From the IMG/VR virus record IMGVR_UViG_3300025133_000074: a stretch of DNA of 64,000 nucleotides, one strand, 5' to 3'. The notes below the pieces were generated by a model, which was not told where the DNA came from, did not search any database, and saw nothing but the letters and a program-made list of their open reading frames with translations. The stretch comes from an uncultured virus (IMG/VR IMGVR_UViG_3300025133_000074) (Duplodnaviria; Heunggongvirae; Uroviricota; Caudoviricetes). Positions within the stretch are counted from its first letter, which is position 1, and each line of letters starts with the position of its first letter. Both the position numbers and the translations under genes were made by a program. Below, piece by piece: positions 20,106 through 30,700 of this stretch.

Positions 20106-21365
20106 ATGGCAACACGTAATAGAAATATGAATTATAGATCTGCAAACCGCGCAGAACAGAGAGCTGTGCCGCAAAAATCGGCACAAACTTCTCGAGTATC
20201 GGTTGAACAGCAAGCCGAGCGATTAGCAAATCAAATTATCGCAGAACGTGATTTAGAACGTCGTATAGGCAGAAATGGTAAAGTATATTCTAGATTTGAT
20301 ACAATAGACGATGTTTTAGCAAATAATGTAGAAACTGTAACGCGTGGATTATTTTCTGGTAATACCGGTAGTTTAGTTTCGTTATTTACATCATCTAATT
20401 TAACTCCCGCGCAAAAATCATATTATCAAGAAATATTTAGCGGAGGTGATCCTAAAACAGTTACATCCGCAGCATCAGAACTTTCTATTGCATATGGTCA
20501 TTATAACGGTTCTGGTTCTGCAGATACGTCTGGTAATTTAAATAATGATACACCTTCTAGAGCTATTTATAAACAATATGCACAAACATTATTAGCTCCT
20601 AATGATAAGAAATTTACTTTTAATAATGTTGATTCTGATTCTATATATGCGTTAAATTTTAATCGTGCAAGAGTACGAGAAAAATTAGACCCAGGTAATT
20701 TTGAAATTACATTAGCAGAAATGTCGGGTGGAGCAGCTGCTACTAATTATCAATTTCAAGAATCTTCGAGTAATAAATTTATACAAATTATTGATGATTC
20801 ATCATTAACGTCTGCTACTGAAGGAGAAGCAGGTTTAGTTTATAATTTAATTTCTGGATCGTTGGATGGTGCCGGAATTTATAATGCATCAAGTCCAGTT
20901 TATTATGGATTATTATATCCACAACATGGTATTGCAATTTTAAATGCTACCGCGTTAGATACTGGTAATCCAGCTGGTGGGGCGTCATTAGGTACTCAAA
21001 CAGAAGACGGTACAGAAGGAAATAATGCTTATAGATTATTTGCATCAATATCATCTTCAAATGCAAATACCGGTGCCGGTGTTAATGGAGGTATCCAGGC
21101 TAGATCATCAGAACAAGTAAAATCAACATATTATTTTGTTAGAGCTAAAAATGCAGAATATAATTATTCAAATAATCCAACATTTATTACAGGATCTCTT
21201 GGCCAATTAACATTTAATTCATTTAAGAATGATCCTCAAACATATATCACTTCAGTTGGATTATATAATGATCGTAGAGAATTATTAGCAGTAGCTAAAA
21301 TGAGCCAACCATTATTAAAAAATTATACTCGCGAAGCATTGATTAAAGTGAAATTAGATTTTTAA
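20106..21365 (+). CDS. virion structural protein
   Basis: C-terminal YITSVGLYND..ELLAVAKMSQP domain shared with next gene. Confidence 0.6.
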   Translation: MATRNRNMNYRSANRAEQRAVPQKSAQTSRVSVEQQAERLANQIIAERDLERRIGRNGKVYSRFDTIDDVLANNVETVTRGLFSGNTGSLVSLFTSSNLTPAQKSYYQEIFSGGDPKTVTSAASELSIAYGHYNGSGSADTSGNLNNDTPSRAIYKQYAQTLLAPNDKKFTFNNVDSDSIYALNFNRARVREKLDPGNFEITLAEMSGGAAATNYQFQESSSNKFIQIIDDSSLTSATEGEAGLVYNLISGSLDGAGIYNASSPVYYGLLYPQHGIAILNATALDTGNPAGGASLGTQTEDGTEGNNAYRLFASISSSNANTGAGVNGGIQARSSEQVKSTYYFVRAKNAEYNYSNNPTFITGSLGQLTFNSFKNDPQTYITSVGLYNDRRELLAVAKMSQPLLKNYTREALIKVKLDF

Positions 21366-21381
21366 AAATAAATGATATGAT

Positions 21382-23094
21382 ATGCCAATTATACCAACAG
21401 TTTTTCGACCAATACGTGCCAATGATTATCAACAACGTACCTTTAAGGCATATAAAAATTATCGTATAAATAGTACTGCATTTGTTACATCATCTGGATT
21501 TGTACATCATAATGGTGTTTACTTTAAACCTCCAATACATGTTAGTGATCCATCATATAATTATCCGGTAAATACGTTAGATGATACAAATCAACATGTA
21601 ATATGGCATAGTTTAAATCATCGATATTATGCACATCCTCATGATCCAGTACGTAGTGCGGAATTAACAAATGCTTCATTAACTACAAAAAATTTATACA
21701 AATCGGCATCGGCATTAATATTTCCATTTAATGAAGTGGGTGAACGTGTTAAAGCTGGATCTGTAACCGGTATATTTACTAATGGACATTCATATACATT
21801 ACAAGATGATGGTAATGGAAATTTACGAGATCATGCCATATCAACTTCTAGTTTTGCATCATCAAGTCGTAATATTTTACATTTATCTTTTAATAAAGAA
21901 TTTGAACATAGAGGTCCTATCGAAACTCAATATGATACAACTAATTTTAATATTGTAGATGGCCCAACAGCAACCGGCGTTTCTGGAGTATATCCAATGG
22001 GCTATAGTTTTAAAATGAGCGATGATAATATTAATAATGCACTGATTCGAATACCACATGAAGATAAATTTAATCGATTTAATCGTACAGATGATTGGAC
22101 TATTTCATTTTGGCATTATAACGCTTTTGGTAAACAACATCCGATAATATCAAAAGGTGGTATTCGAAAAGAAACATATCTAGACCCGATTAATAGTGTC
22201 ATTAAAACGCGTGATAGTATAAGATTTATGCCTGGCATTACTGGTTCGTATGAAAATACACGTACACCGTTTATTATAGGAGTTCAGAAACATGGTAATG
22301 GTACGAGTGCTTCTGGTTCATGGAATTTACAAATATCGGATGGCACTGAAGTATTAAATATTTCATCATCCGGGGCTGATTATAAGTATACTGATTTAGG
22401 ATGGAAGCATATTTGTATACGTAATTCTAATTCACTTTGTCAATTTTTTATAGATGGCATTGCTTCCGGGACATCTGGTTCATTACCAATTGGGGTTACC
22501 GCAAACCGCGATGATATTATAATCGGAAGGTTTATATCCGGAAGCCAAACAGCTGAAAACAATTCAATAAATAATTTAGCAGAATTACGTATGTATGATT
22601 ATGCAATTTCTGATTCTGAAATTACTTCATTGTCAAATCGACATTATCTATCTGGTTCATTATTCCAGACTAACATCGCCGGCAATATATTTTATCGTAC
22701 CGGAGAAATGGTAGTATCATCTCCAATGTCAAAATATAACACTGGTTCTGGGGCATTTGGTAATACGTTTAATGTTTCATATAAAGGAACTCATACAATA
22801 TATGAAAATGAAGTTTTGGTAAGAGTACCAAAGGACCAATTTAATGTTTCAATGAATCCTAGTGCTACAATTACACCAGCAACAAATAAAATATTATCAG
22901 TATCAGAAGAAAAAAATTCATTACCTGGTGATCATCGTAAATCGATGTTTATTTCTGGCACTGTATCTCCTTATATTTCTACTATAGGTTTATATAACGA
23001 TGCTGCCCAATTAGTCGCAGTTTCAAAGTTAGCTCAGCCTATTCAGAAACGAGATGATGTGGATATGAATTTTATTGTTCGTTGGGATTACTAG
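21382..23094 (+). CDS. LamG/concanavalin-like domain structural protein
   Basis: WTISFW, WKHICI, FIDG, LRMYDYAIS LamG pattern; C-terminal YISTIGLYND..LVAVSKLAQP. Confidence 0.7.
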   Translation: MPIIPTVFRPIRANDYQQRTFKAYKNYRINSTAFVTSSGFVHHNGVYFKPPIHVSDPSYNYPVNTLDDTNQHVIWHSLNHRYYAHPHDPVRSAELTNASLTTKNLYKSASALIFPFNEVGERVKAGSVTGIFTNGHSYTLQDDGNGNLRDHAISTSSFASSSRNILHLSFNKEFEHRGPIETQYDTTNFNIVDGPTATGVSGVYPMGYSFKMSDDNINNALIRIPHEDKFNRFNRTDDWTISFWHYNAFGKQHPIISKGGIRKETYLDPINSVIKTRDSIRFMPGITGSYENTRTPFIIGVQKHGNGTSASGSWNLQISDGTEVLNISSSGADYKYTDLGWKHICIRNSNSLCQFFIDGIASGTSGSLPIGVTANRDDIIIGRFISGSQTAENNSINNLAELRMYDYAISDSEITSLSNRHYLSGSLFQTNIAGNIFYRTGEMVVSSPMSKYNTGSGAFGNTFNVSYKGTHTIYENEVLVRVPKDQFNVSMNPSATITPATNKILSVSEEKNSLPGDHRKSMFISGTVSPYISTIGLYNDAAQLVAVSKLAQPIQKRDDVDMNFIVRWDY

Positions 23095-23121
23095 TATATT
23101 TATATTAAATAGGAATTAGTT

Positions 23122-23529
23122 ATGGCATGGAGACGTAAATCTAAGATACGTGCGAACGCAATTAAACATGGTTATAGAAGTGGATTTGAACATCGAGTAT
23201 CAGATCAATTAACAGAGGCAGAGATTAAATATGGTTACGAGGATACAGTAATACCTTATATTAAACCGGAAACAAAACACACATATACAATCGATTTTAC
23301 TTTACCAAATGGTATTTTAATAGAAACAAAAGGTAGGTGGGTGTTAGAAGATCGTAAAAAGCATTTGTTAATTAAAAAACAACATCCAGAATTAGATATA
23401 CGAATTGTATTTCAATCAGCTCGTACAAAAATCAGAAAAGGTTCTAAAACTACATATGGAGATTTTTGTGATAAACATGGAATCCCGTGGGCGGAAAAAA
23501 GTATACCAGAAAGTTGGTTAAAAACTTGA
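23122..23529 (+). CDS. T7 endonuclease I-like Holliday junction resolvase
   Basis: YRSGFE, YTIDFTLPNGILIETKG, DRKKHLLIKKQHPELDIRIVFQ, KGSKTTYG. Confidence 0.9.
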   Translation: MAWRRKSKIRANAIKHGYRSGFEHRVSDQLTEAEIKYGYEDTVIPYIKPETKHTYTIDFTLPNGILIETKGRWVLEDRKKHLLIKKQHPELDIRIVFQSARTKIRKGSKTTYGDFCDKHGIPWAEKSIPESWLKT

Positions 23530-23556
23530 CCTTACGAAATATTTTTGATATATTCA
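23525..23556 (+). promoter_or_regulatory. host-type promoter CTTG-N20-TATATTCA
   Basis: Same spacing as other Bacteroidota-like promoters; upstream of primase. Confidence 0.45.
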
Positions 23557-23641
23557 ATTATAATTAAATTTTCATGAAAGTTAATCTTGAAATGAAACAT
23601 TGTTATAGTGATGACAATGCTAATATATTAATATAATATTA

Positions 23642-24565
23642 ATGAGTAAATTTTCTATAATTACACTTTTAGAATCCGTATTAGGTAAAGGTAAAATAAA
23701 TTCGAATGATAATATCGCATTTCATTGTCCTTTTTGCCCTACTACTAAAAAGAAAATGGAAGTTAATGTCGTTTCTCAACATTGGCATTGCTGGGTATGT
23801 AATGCTGCCGGCAGAAAATTAACTATATTATTTCGTAAATTAAACGTTCAGAGAGAAAAAATATCACGATTAATTCAATTACTTGATGATGTTGAATATC
23901 GACCTAAACGAACTACTACTAATACCCCAGTAGTACAATTACCTGAGGAATTTATTCCATTATGGAAAATTAATACAAAATCACCTGAATATCGTAATGC
24001 TATATATTATTTAAAGAATAGAGGTATTACTATATATGATATACTTAAATATAGAATTGGATATTGTACGCGAGGATTATACACTGGAAAAATTATTATT
24101 CCGAGTTATGATGCAAATGGTAGTTTAAATTATTTTGTAGGACGTGCATATTATGATACTGATTACAAACATAAGAATCCAAATGTATCAAAAGATATTA
24201 TAGGCTTTGAATTGCATATAAATTGGAATATGCCAATTATTTTAGTAGAAGGTGCATTTGATGCGATTGCAATTAAACGAAATGTAATTCCATTATTTGG
24301 TAAAACAATATCAAATACTCTTAAAAAACGTATTGTAGAAAAAGGCGTAAGAGAAATATATATTTGTTTAGATCAAGATGCGCGCAAACAAGCTTTAGAA
24401 GCAGCTGAATATTTTATGGCAAATGGTCTAGAAGTATATTTTGTGGATTTAACCGAATCAGATCCAAGCGAATTAGGATTTAAACGAATAAAATATGAAA
24501 TTGAACATACTAGTATGTTAACATCAGAAAAATTAATGGAACAGAAAATATTATGCAGCATATAG
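23642..24565 (+). CDS. DNA primase (zinc finger + TOPRIM)
   Basis: CPFC and CWVC zinc ligands; LVEGAFDA and CLDQDA TOPRIM motifs. Confidence 0.9.
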   Translation: MSKFSIITLLESVLGKGKINSNDNIAFHCPFCPTTKKKMEVNVVSQHWHCWVCNAAGRKLTILFRKLNVQREKISRLIQLLDDVEYRPKRTTTNTPVVQLPEEFIPLWKINTKSPEYRNAIYYLKNRGITIYDILKYRIGYCTRGLYTGKIIIPSYDANGSLNYFVGRAYYDTDYKHKNPNVSKDIIGFELHINWNMPIILVEGAFDAIAIKRNVIPLFGKTISNTLKKRIVEKGVREIYICLDQDARKQALEAAEYFMANGLEVYFVDLTESDPSELGFKRIKYEIEHTSMLTSEKLMEQKILCSI

Positions 24566-27500
24566 ATATTGGAATAGAGAAGATCGGTAAAATTTACCAT
24601 ATTGCAGATGTACATGTTAGAAATGTTAAACGTCATAAAGAATATAAACTGGTGTTTAATCGTTTATATTCGTATATTAAGAAAACAAAAACAGATGATT
24701 CTTTAATATACATAGCAGGTGATATTGTACATGCAAAGACGGATATGTCACCAGAATTAGTATCTGTAGTATCTGATTTCTTTAAACAATTGGCTGATAT
24801 TGCGCCTACAATTGTAATTACCGGAAATCATGATTGTAACCTAAATAACAACTATCGCTTAGATGCCTTATCTCCTATAGTTAAAGCCTTAAATCATCAA
24901 AACTTACACTATCTTAAAGATAACGGTGTATATAGTATGGCCGGAGTACACTTTAACGTAATGTCGGTGTTTGACAAGCCTGCAGATTACATAAAAGCTG
25001 ACAGTTTTGAAGGTGATTATAAAATTGCATTACATCACGGTTCGGTACATAACGCATCAACAGATGCTGGATTTGTATTAAGTAATACACATGTAACGAC
25101 TGAAATGTTTAAAGGACATGATCTAGTTTTATTAGGAGATATTCATAAGCCACAATTTTTAGATGATGATAAAACAGTTGCATATGCAGGTTCATTAATT
25201 CAGCAAAATCATGGAGAAGTTTTAGGCCATGGAATAATGGTATGGGATTTAGAATCTAAAAAATCTAATTTTATTGAAATAGAAAATGATTATGGATATT
25301 ATACGTTTCTAGTAGAAGCTGGTAAAATAACAAATCTTAGTGATAAAATACCATTACGTCCTAGATTAAGATTTAAAGTAAAAGATACCGACTCAGCAAC
25401 ATTAAAACGTATTATTGCAGATGTTAAATCTCGATATAAAGTACAGGATATTGTATTACAAAAAGTTAATGCATTAAATACTACTGATTCAAAAAATAAA
25501 ATTAATTTTGGTAATATACGCGATGTTGAATGGCAAAATAAAGTAATTACAGATTATTTAACAGATGAATATGCTTTAGATGATGAATTATTAGATACTG
25601 TTAGGTATATTAATAGACAAGTACATAGTAAATTACCAACAAGTACATTAACTAGAAATATAACATGGACACCAAAACGTTTTGAGTTCTCGAACATGTT
25701 TAGTTATGGTACAAATAATTCTATAGATTTTTCAAATATGAATGGAACATATGGATTATTTGCTCCAAATGCTTCTGGTAAATCGACGTTGTTAGATGCA
25801 TTAGCATTTTGTTGTTTTGATAAATGTTCGCGAACAAAAAAAGCAGCACATGTATTAAATAATAAAAAATCTAATTTCCAATGTAAATTTGAATTCGATT
25901 TAGGAAAATATACGTATTTTATTGAACGTAAAGCAAAGAAACAAAGTAATGGCCATGTTAAATTAAATGTAGATTTTTGGCGGATTGATGAATCTGGCAA
26001 TCATGAAAGTTTAAACGGGGAACAGCGAGATTCTACAAATAAAAGTATAAAACAATATTTAGGGTCATATGAAGATTTTGTGTTAACTGCATTATCATTA
26101 CAAAATAATAATACTGGGTTCATTGATAAAACACAAAGAGAACGTAAAGATCTTTTATCTCAATTTTTAGATTTAGATATATTTGAAAAACAATATTTAA
26201 TCGGACACGAAGATATTAGAGAGACCGCGGCTTTAATTCGTGAATATAAAAGAAAAGATTTTTCAACAGATTTATCATTAGCAAAGGATGTTATATCTCA
26301 ATTTACCGGTTCATATGAACAAATGAAAATAGATAAAACTGAACATGAAAAAATGAAAACAGATTTGAATGATATCATTTTTGTCATGACAAGGGAATTA
26401 AAAAAAGTTGATGAAACATTAGATCCAGAGACCATCTTAAATAAAATTGAACAAGCTAAAATACAGTTACAAGAATATATACAAGATAGAGATCAGAAAA
26501 CTGGCATGATAGTATCTAAAAAAGACTTAATAAATAATACACAATCTAAAATAGATTCAGTTGACGAAGATAAATTAGTAGCACAATTAGAAAATATTAA
26601 AACATATAAATTAGATGTCGTGCTATTTAATAACGATTTAAAATTTAAACAACTTAAAATTCAGCATGCTCAAAAAATGGTATCTAAATTAGATAAACAT
26701 GAATGGGATCCAGAATGTAAATTTTGTATGGCCAATCCATGGCTACATGAAACTAAACAAGTTGCAGATTTATTACCAAAATTAATTGATGAAGAACAGC
26801 AAATATTATTTGATATTGATGATATTGGAAATAAAATAGCCGATTTATTAAAAGATCAACCACGTGAAAAGATAGATTTATTAAATGCATTTAAATCTGA
26901 TGTTAATAAATGGAATCAATTGTTAGCTACAATGGAACATGATCATAGTAAATGTGAATGGGATATTGAAACGTTATTTGTTAAAATTTCTGATTATAAA
27001 AAACAATTAACAAAGGCACAAAATCAAAAAGATAATATCGAGTTTAATAAAAAGAAAAATTCTGAAATTGAAGAAATAAGAGATGAAATATCAACAGTTA
27101 ATTTTGAATTAAATGGATTAGATTCTAAATTATTAAATTTATCTGGTAAATTAAAAATGGCTGAAAAGAGCCGTGAAGATGCTGAAACAGGTATTAACAG
27201 ATTAAAAACATTAGAACAACAATATCAAGCTTATGAATATTATCAAAAAGCAGTCAATCGCGATGGCGTCCCATATCATTTAATATCAAAAGCATTACCA
27301 CAAATAGAATCTGAAATAAATAATATACTTAATCAAATAGTTGACTTTACCATGGTAATGGATACCGATGGTAAGAATATAAATGCTTATATTGTTTATG
27401 ATGATGATAATTATTGGCCATTAGAATTAACTTCCGGAATGGAAAAATTTATTTCATCTTTGGCTATTCGTACTTCATTAATCAATGTATCAAATTTACC

Positions 27501-27705
27501 TAGACCAAATTTTTTAGCTATAGATGAAGGGTTTGGTGTTTTAGATTCTGATAATTTAAATTCAATGTACATGTTATTTGATTATTTAAAATCACAATTT
27601 GGATTTATCATGTGTATATCTCATATTGACGCGATGCGTGATATTGTAGATAAATTAGTAGAAATTAAAAAAGTTAACGGATATTCTGAAATTGCCTATG
27701 CCTAA
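24553..27705 (+). CDS. fused SbcD/Mre11 nuclease - SbcC/Rad50 ATPase (gp47-gp46-like)
   Basis: DVH, GD, GNHD, GDIH phosphoesterase motifs; Walker A APNASGKS; zinc hook CKFC; signature TSGMEK; Walker B IDEGFGVLD; ISH. Confidence 0.9.
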   Translation: MQHIDIGIEKIGKIYHIADVHVRNVKRHKEYKLVFNRLYSYIKKTKTDDSLIYIAGDIVHAKTDMSPELVSVVSDFFKQLADIAPTIVITGNHDCNLNNNYRLDALSPIVKALNHQNLHYLKDNGVYSMAGVHFNVMSVFDKPADYIKADSFEGDYKIALHHGSVHNASTDAGFVLSNTHVTTEMFKGHDLVLLGDIHKPQFLDDDKTVAYAGSLIQQNHGEVLGHGIMVWDLESKKSNFIEIENDYGYYTFLVEAGKITNLSDKIPLRPRLRFKVKDTDSATLKRIIADVKSRYKVQDIVLQKVNALNTTDSKNKINFGNIRDVEWQNKVITDYLTDEYALDDELLDTVRYINRQVHSKLPTSTLTRNITWTPKRFEFSNMFSYGTNNSIDFSNMNGTYGLFAPNASGKSTLLDALAFCCFDKCSRTKKAAHVLNNKKSNFQCKFEFDLGKYTYFIERKAKKQSNGHVKLNVDFWRIDESGNHESLNGEQRDSTNKSIKQYLGSYEDFVLTALSLQNNNTGFIDKTQRERKDLLSQFLDLDIFEKQYLIGHEDIRETAALIREYKRKDFSTDLSLAKDVISQFTGSYEQMKIDKTEHEKMKTDLNDIIFVMTRELKKVDETLDPETILNKIEQAKIQLQEYIQDRDQKTGMIVSKKDLINNTQSKIDSVDEDKLVAQLENIKTYKLDVVLFNNDLKFKQLKIQHAQKMVSKLDKHEWDPECKFCMANPWLHETKQVADLLPKLIDEEQQILFDIDDIGNKIADLLKDQPREKIDLLNAFKSDVNKWNQLLATMEHDHSKCEWDIETLFVKISDYKKQLTKAQNQKDNIEFNKKKNSEIEEIRDEISTVNFELNGLDSKLLNLSGKLKMAEKSREDAETGINRLKTLEQQYQAYEYYQKAVNRDGVPYHLISKALPQIESEINNILNQIVDFTMVMDTDGKNINAYIVYDDDNYWPLELTSGMEKFISSLAIRTSLINVSNLPRPNFLAIDEGFGVLDSDNLNSMYMLFDYLKSQFGFIMCISHIDAMRDIVDKLVEIKKVNGYSEIAYA

Positions 27706-27730
27706 TATTTATATGAAATGAAGGTAACGT

Positions 27731-30700
27731 ATGGCTACAGGAACGTGGAATCAAGGACAGCTTGAAAAACGTGTTACAAAAATTGATTTAGAAAATTATC
27801 CTACGATAAAATTTCATGATTCATCATTAACATCCGATGGAATTTTTGATATTATTGAATTTCCATCTCGCTTCACAGCTGGGAAAAACTTAATAAAACT
27901 TCGTGCTAATAATTCAAATACATTAGTTAAAGATTCAAAAATTCATATTGAAATATTAGATTCTAACGGCGATCCCGTGTATTTTGAACCATTAAATTAT
28001 CTAGAACATGACGGAACTCGTGTTATTTCAATCTACATATTTCCAAAGAAAACCGCACCGGGTATTGGTAAAGTTTATATAGCCGGGCGATCTAAAATAG
28101 ATGTAGATACCGGAGCTCCGATTACATTTAGTCGAGATTTTAACAATGAAAATTATTATAATCTTCCAAATGTATTATGGTCACGTAGTATACCTATAGC
28201 ACCGGAAAATTCAAAAAATAATACAGAAATAATTTTTACACGACCATATCCTAAAGCAGCTGTACGTGAACGTGTAAATAAATTTTTTAAACCAGTAAAT
28301 TTAACAGATGTAGCAGTTAACCGAAATGGTACTGGTACGGTAATCATAAAAGCGCTTCCTGCGGTTACTCAGCCAGCCGTAAGTTACATTTCAGCTCCTA
28401 AAGGTGCAGATGTAAATAGTCAATTAAATTATGAAGGCGCAGCTTCTCCTAATACACCAATGTCATCTATAGGAAAACAAGTAGTAGTAACCCCAGCAGT
28501 GACTGCTACTAGTGAAACAAATGAACCATTAGAAGTAGAGAGTGCAGAAATTGTTACAATATCAGCATTTAGTCGATTAGAAACTGTTGGATTTTCATTA
28601 TCATCTTCCATGGAAGGAGGTTCTATAACAATTGTTAATCCATTCGTTGATTTGCTTCAAGGTAATAGTATGATTAATGATCTTGGACAACTTATACCTT
28701 CATCACAAGCTACAACTGATCAGTATGGTACTACTGATTATAATTTAGGAAATACGTCTATACAACTTTCTGGGAGTTATACATTTGTTATCGATACAAT
28801 ATTATCAACTACAAAGGCAAATGTATTTTTAACTTCCGGCTTTAAAAATGTCGAAGAAAATACATACGGTGCATTTTCATTTAAAACTATCGGCGCCCAA
28901 TCTGATTATATTATAAAAGATATTAATGCTACATTAAATTTCACGTGTAGTTATACCGAACCATTTGTATTATCTGAAACTGAACAATCGCAATCATTTG
29001 CAGAAATTGTATTATCAAATATCGAACCGGCTACCGGTGATGTATATAAAATACAAACATTATATAAACCAGCTGGACAATTTGGTGATTTTGTAGATGC
29101 CGGATATGTTAATATAGAACAAGTTGAAATATTAGAAGATGTGACGTCATATGAAAATATACAATCAATTGGAATGGTTTATAATCGTATAGGTTATTTT
29201 ACTAGTTTATCTGATTTTAGTTCATATTGGGAAACTACAAATGGGTCAATCACACCAGACATTGCATTAACAACTACATATAAGCCTGATATATTATTAG
29301 ATGCTGTACAATTAATACCAGATACTAGTTTTAATGCAACAGACAATCGATTTGGATATTTACATTTAAAATCGGAATATCATCCAAAAGTATATGAAAA
29401 TACTAGATATATGATGTCATTGAACGCATTTGCTAATGATATATCTGGATCGGACCATTCCTTAATACAAAATTCTCGACTTGATATTTATATATCAGGT
29501 AGTAATGCGTCTATACAACCTGATTCAGAATATATTAATCGATATTTAATATCTGATATAAATGTCGCTGATAGTATACCTGTAGATTTAGCCGATAACG
29601 GATCATTGGGTATACGCGTAGCTACAATTGAAGCAACAGAAGGCACTCAATTTAATGAAATACCGGCATTAATATCATTTAAAGCATTAAAACAAGAAAA
29701 TATTGATGTATATTTTGTAGTACGGAGCGGTGTATGGGCATTATCAAATATTAGCTTAAAATCAGATAAACAGACAGGATTTTCTCCAAATTATACAAGA
29801 ATAAATACTAGAATTCCTACTGAGTTTTTAGAAACGCCATTAACATTTAAATTCCTTTATTATGATATAAATAATAATAAAGCGCAAGCTGAAACATCAG
29901 TTTATCCAGTAACATTTTATGGAGATAATTTATTAATTGGAGGAAATAATAATTTATTATCAGGTTCGGTTTTTATTGGAAATACAATAGGTTCTGGAAT
30001 TGAATTGGCAGGTGTTAATTCCGGATATATTAGATCGATTGGATATGAAGGATTTAAATCAGCCTCGAGGACAGACCAACCTGGTGGATTTATGTTATAC
30101 ACTGGTTCTGTTTTACCATCAGCTCCTGATAATTATGCCGGCGTGGGAATTGAAATTGTACAAGATTCATCAAGTTACTTTAAATTCGATACAACTAATG
30201 GAATTGATGTACGAGCAAAAAAATTCTTTGTAGGTACAACAACTGATCAGTTTGTAAGCGGTTCCGGAGGTAATATAGAAATATCATCTAGTAATTTTCA
30301 TTTGAAACCTGATGGTGGATTAGTAATAGGAGGTGATACTGTCATTAACGCAGATTTATCCGCAAATCAACTATTTGTTCCAGCCGGCACTACAGCTTCA
30401 AATGCAAAGGCATACATTTCTAGTTCCGGTGAAGCTAAATTTATCGGAGATGGTGCCGGTGATTATATTGTAGACTTTTCAACTACAGGCGCAAAAATAT
30501 CTGGATTTGAGATATCATCTTCAGAAATTAAATCTTCAAATGATAATCTTAGATTAAAATCGTCTGGCCAGATAACGGGATCCGATGTTAAATTTACTGG
30601 TGGTAAAATAGGAGGATTTACATTAAGTTCTACTACATTAGCTGCAACAAACTTTACTCTTGATCCAGGAAATAAACGTATATCATTAGGTACTGGTGAT

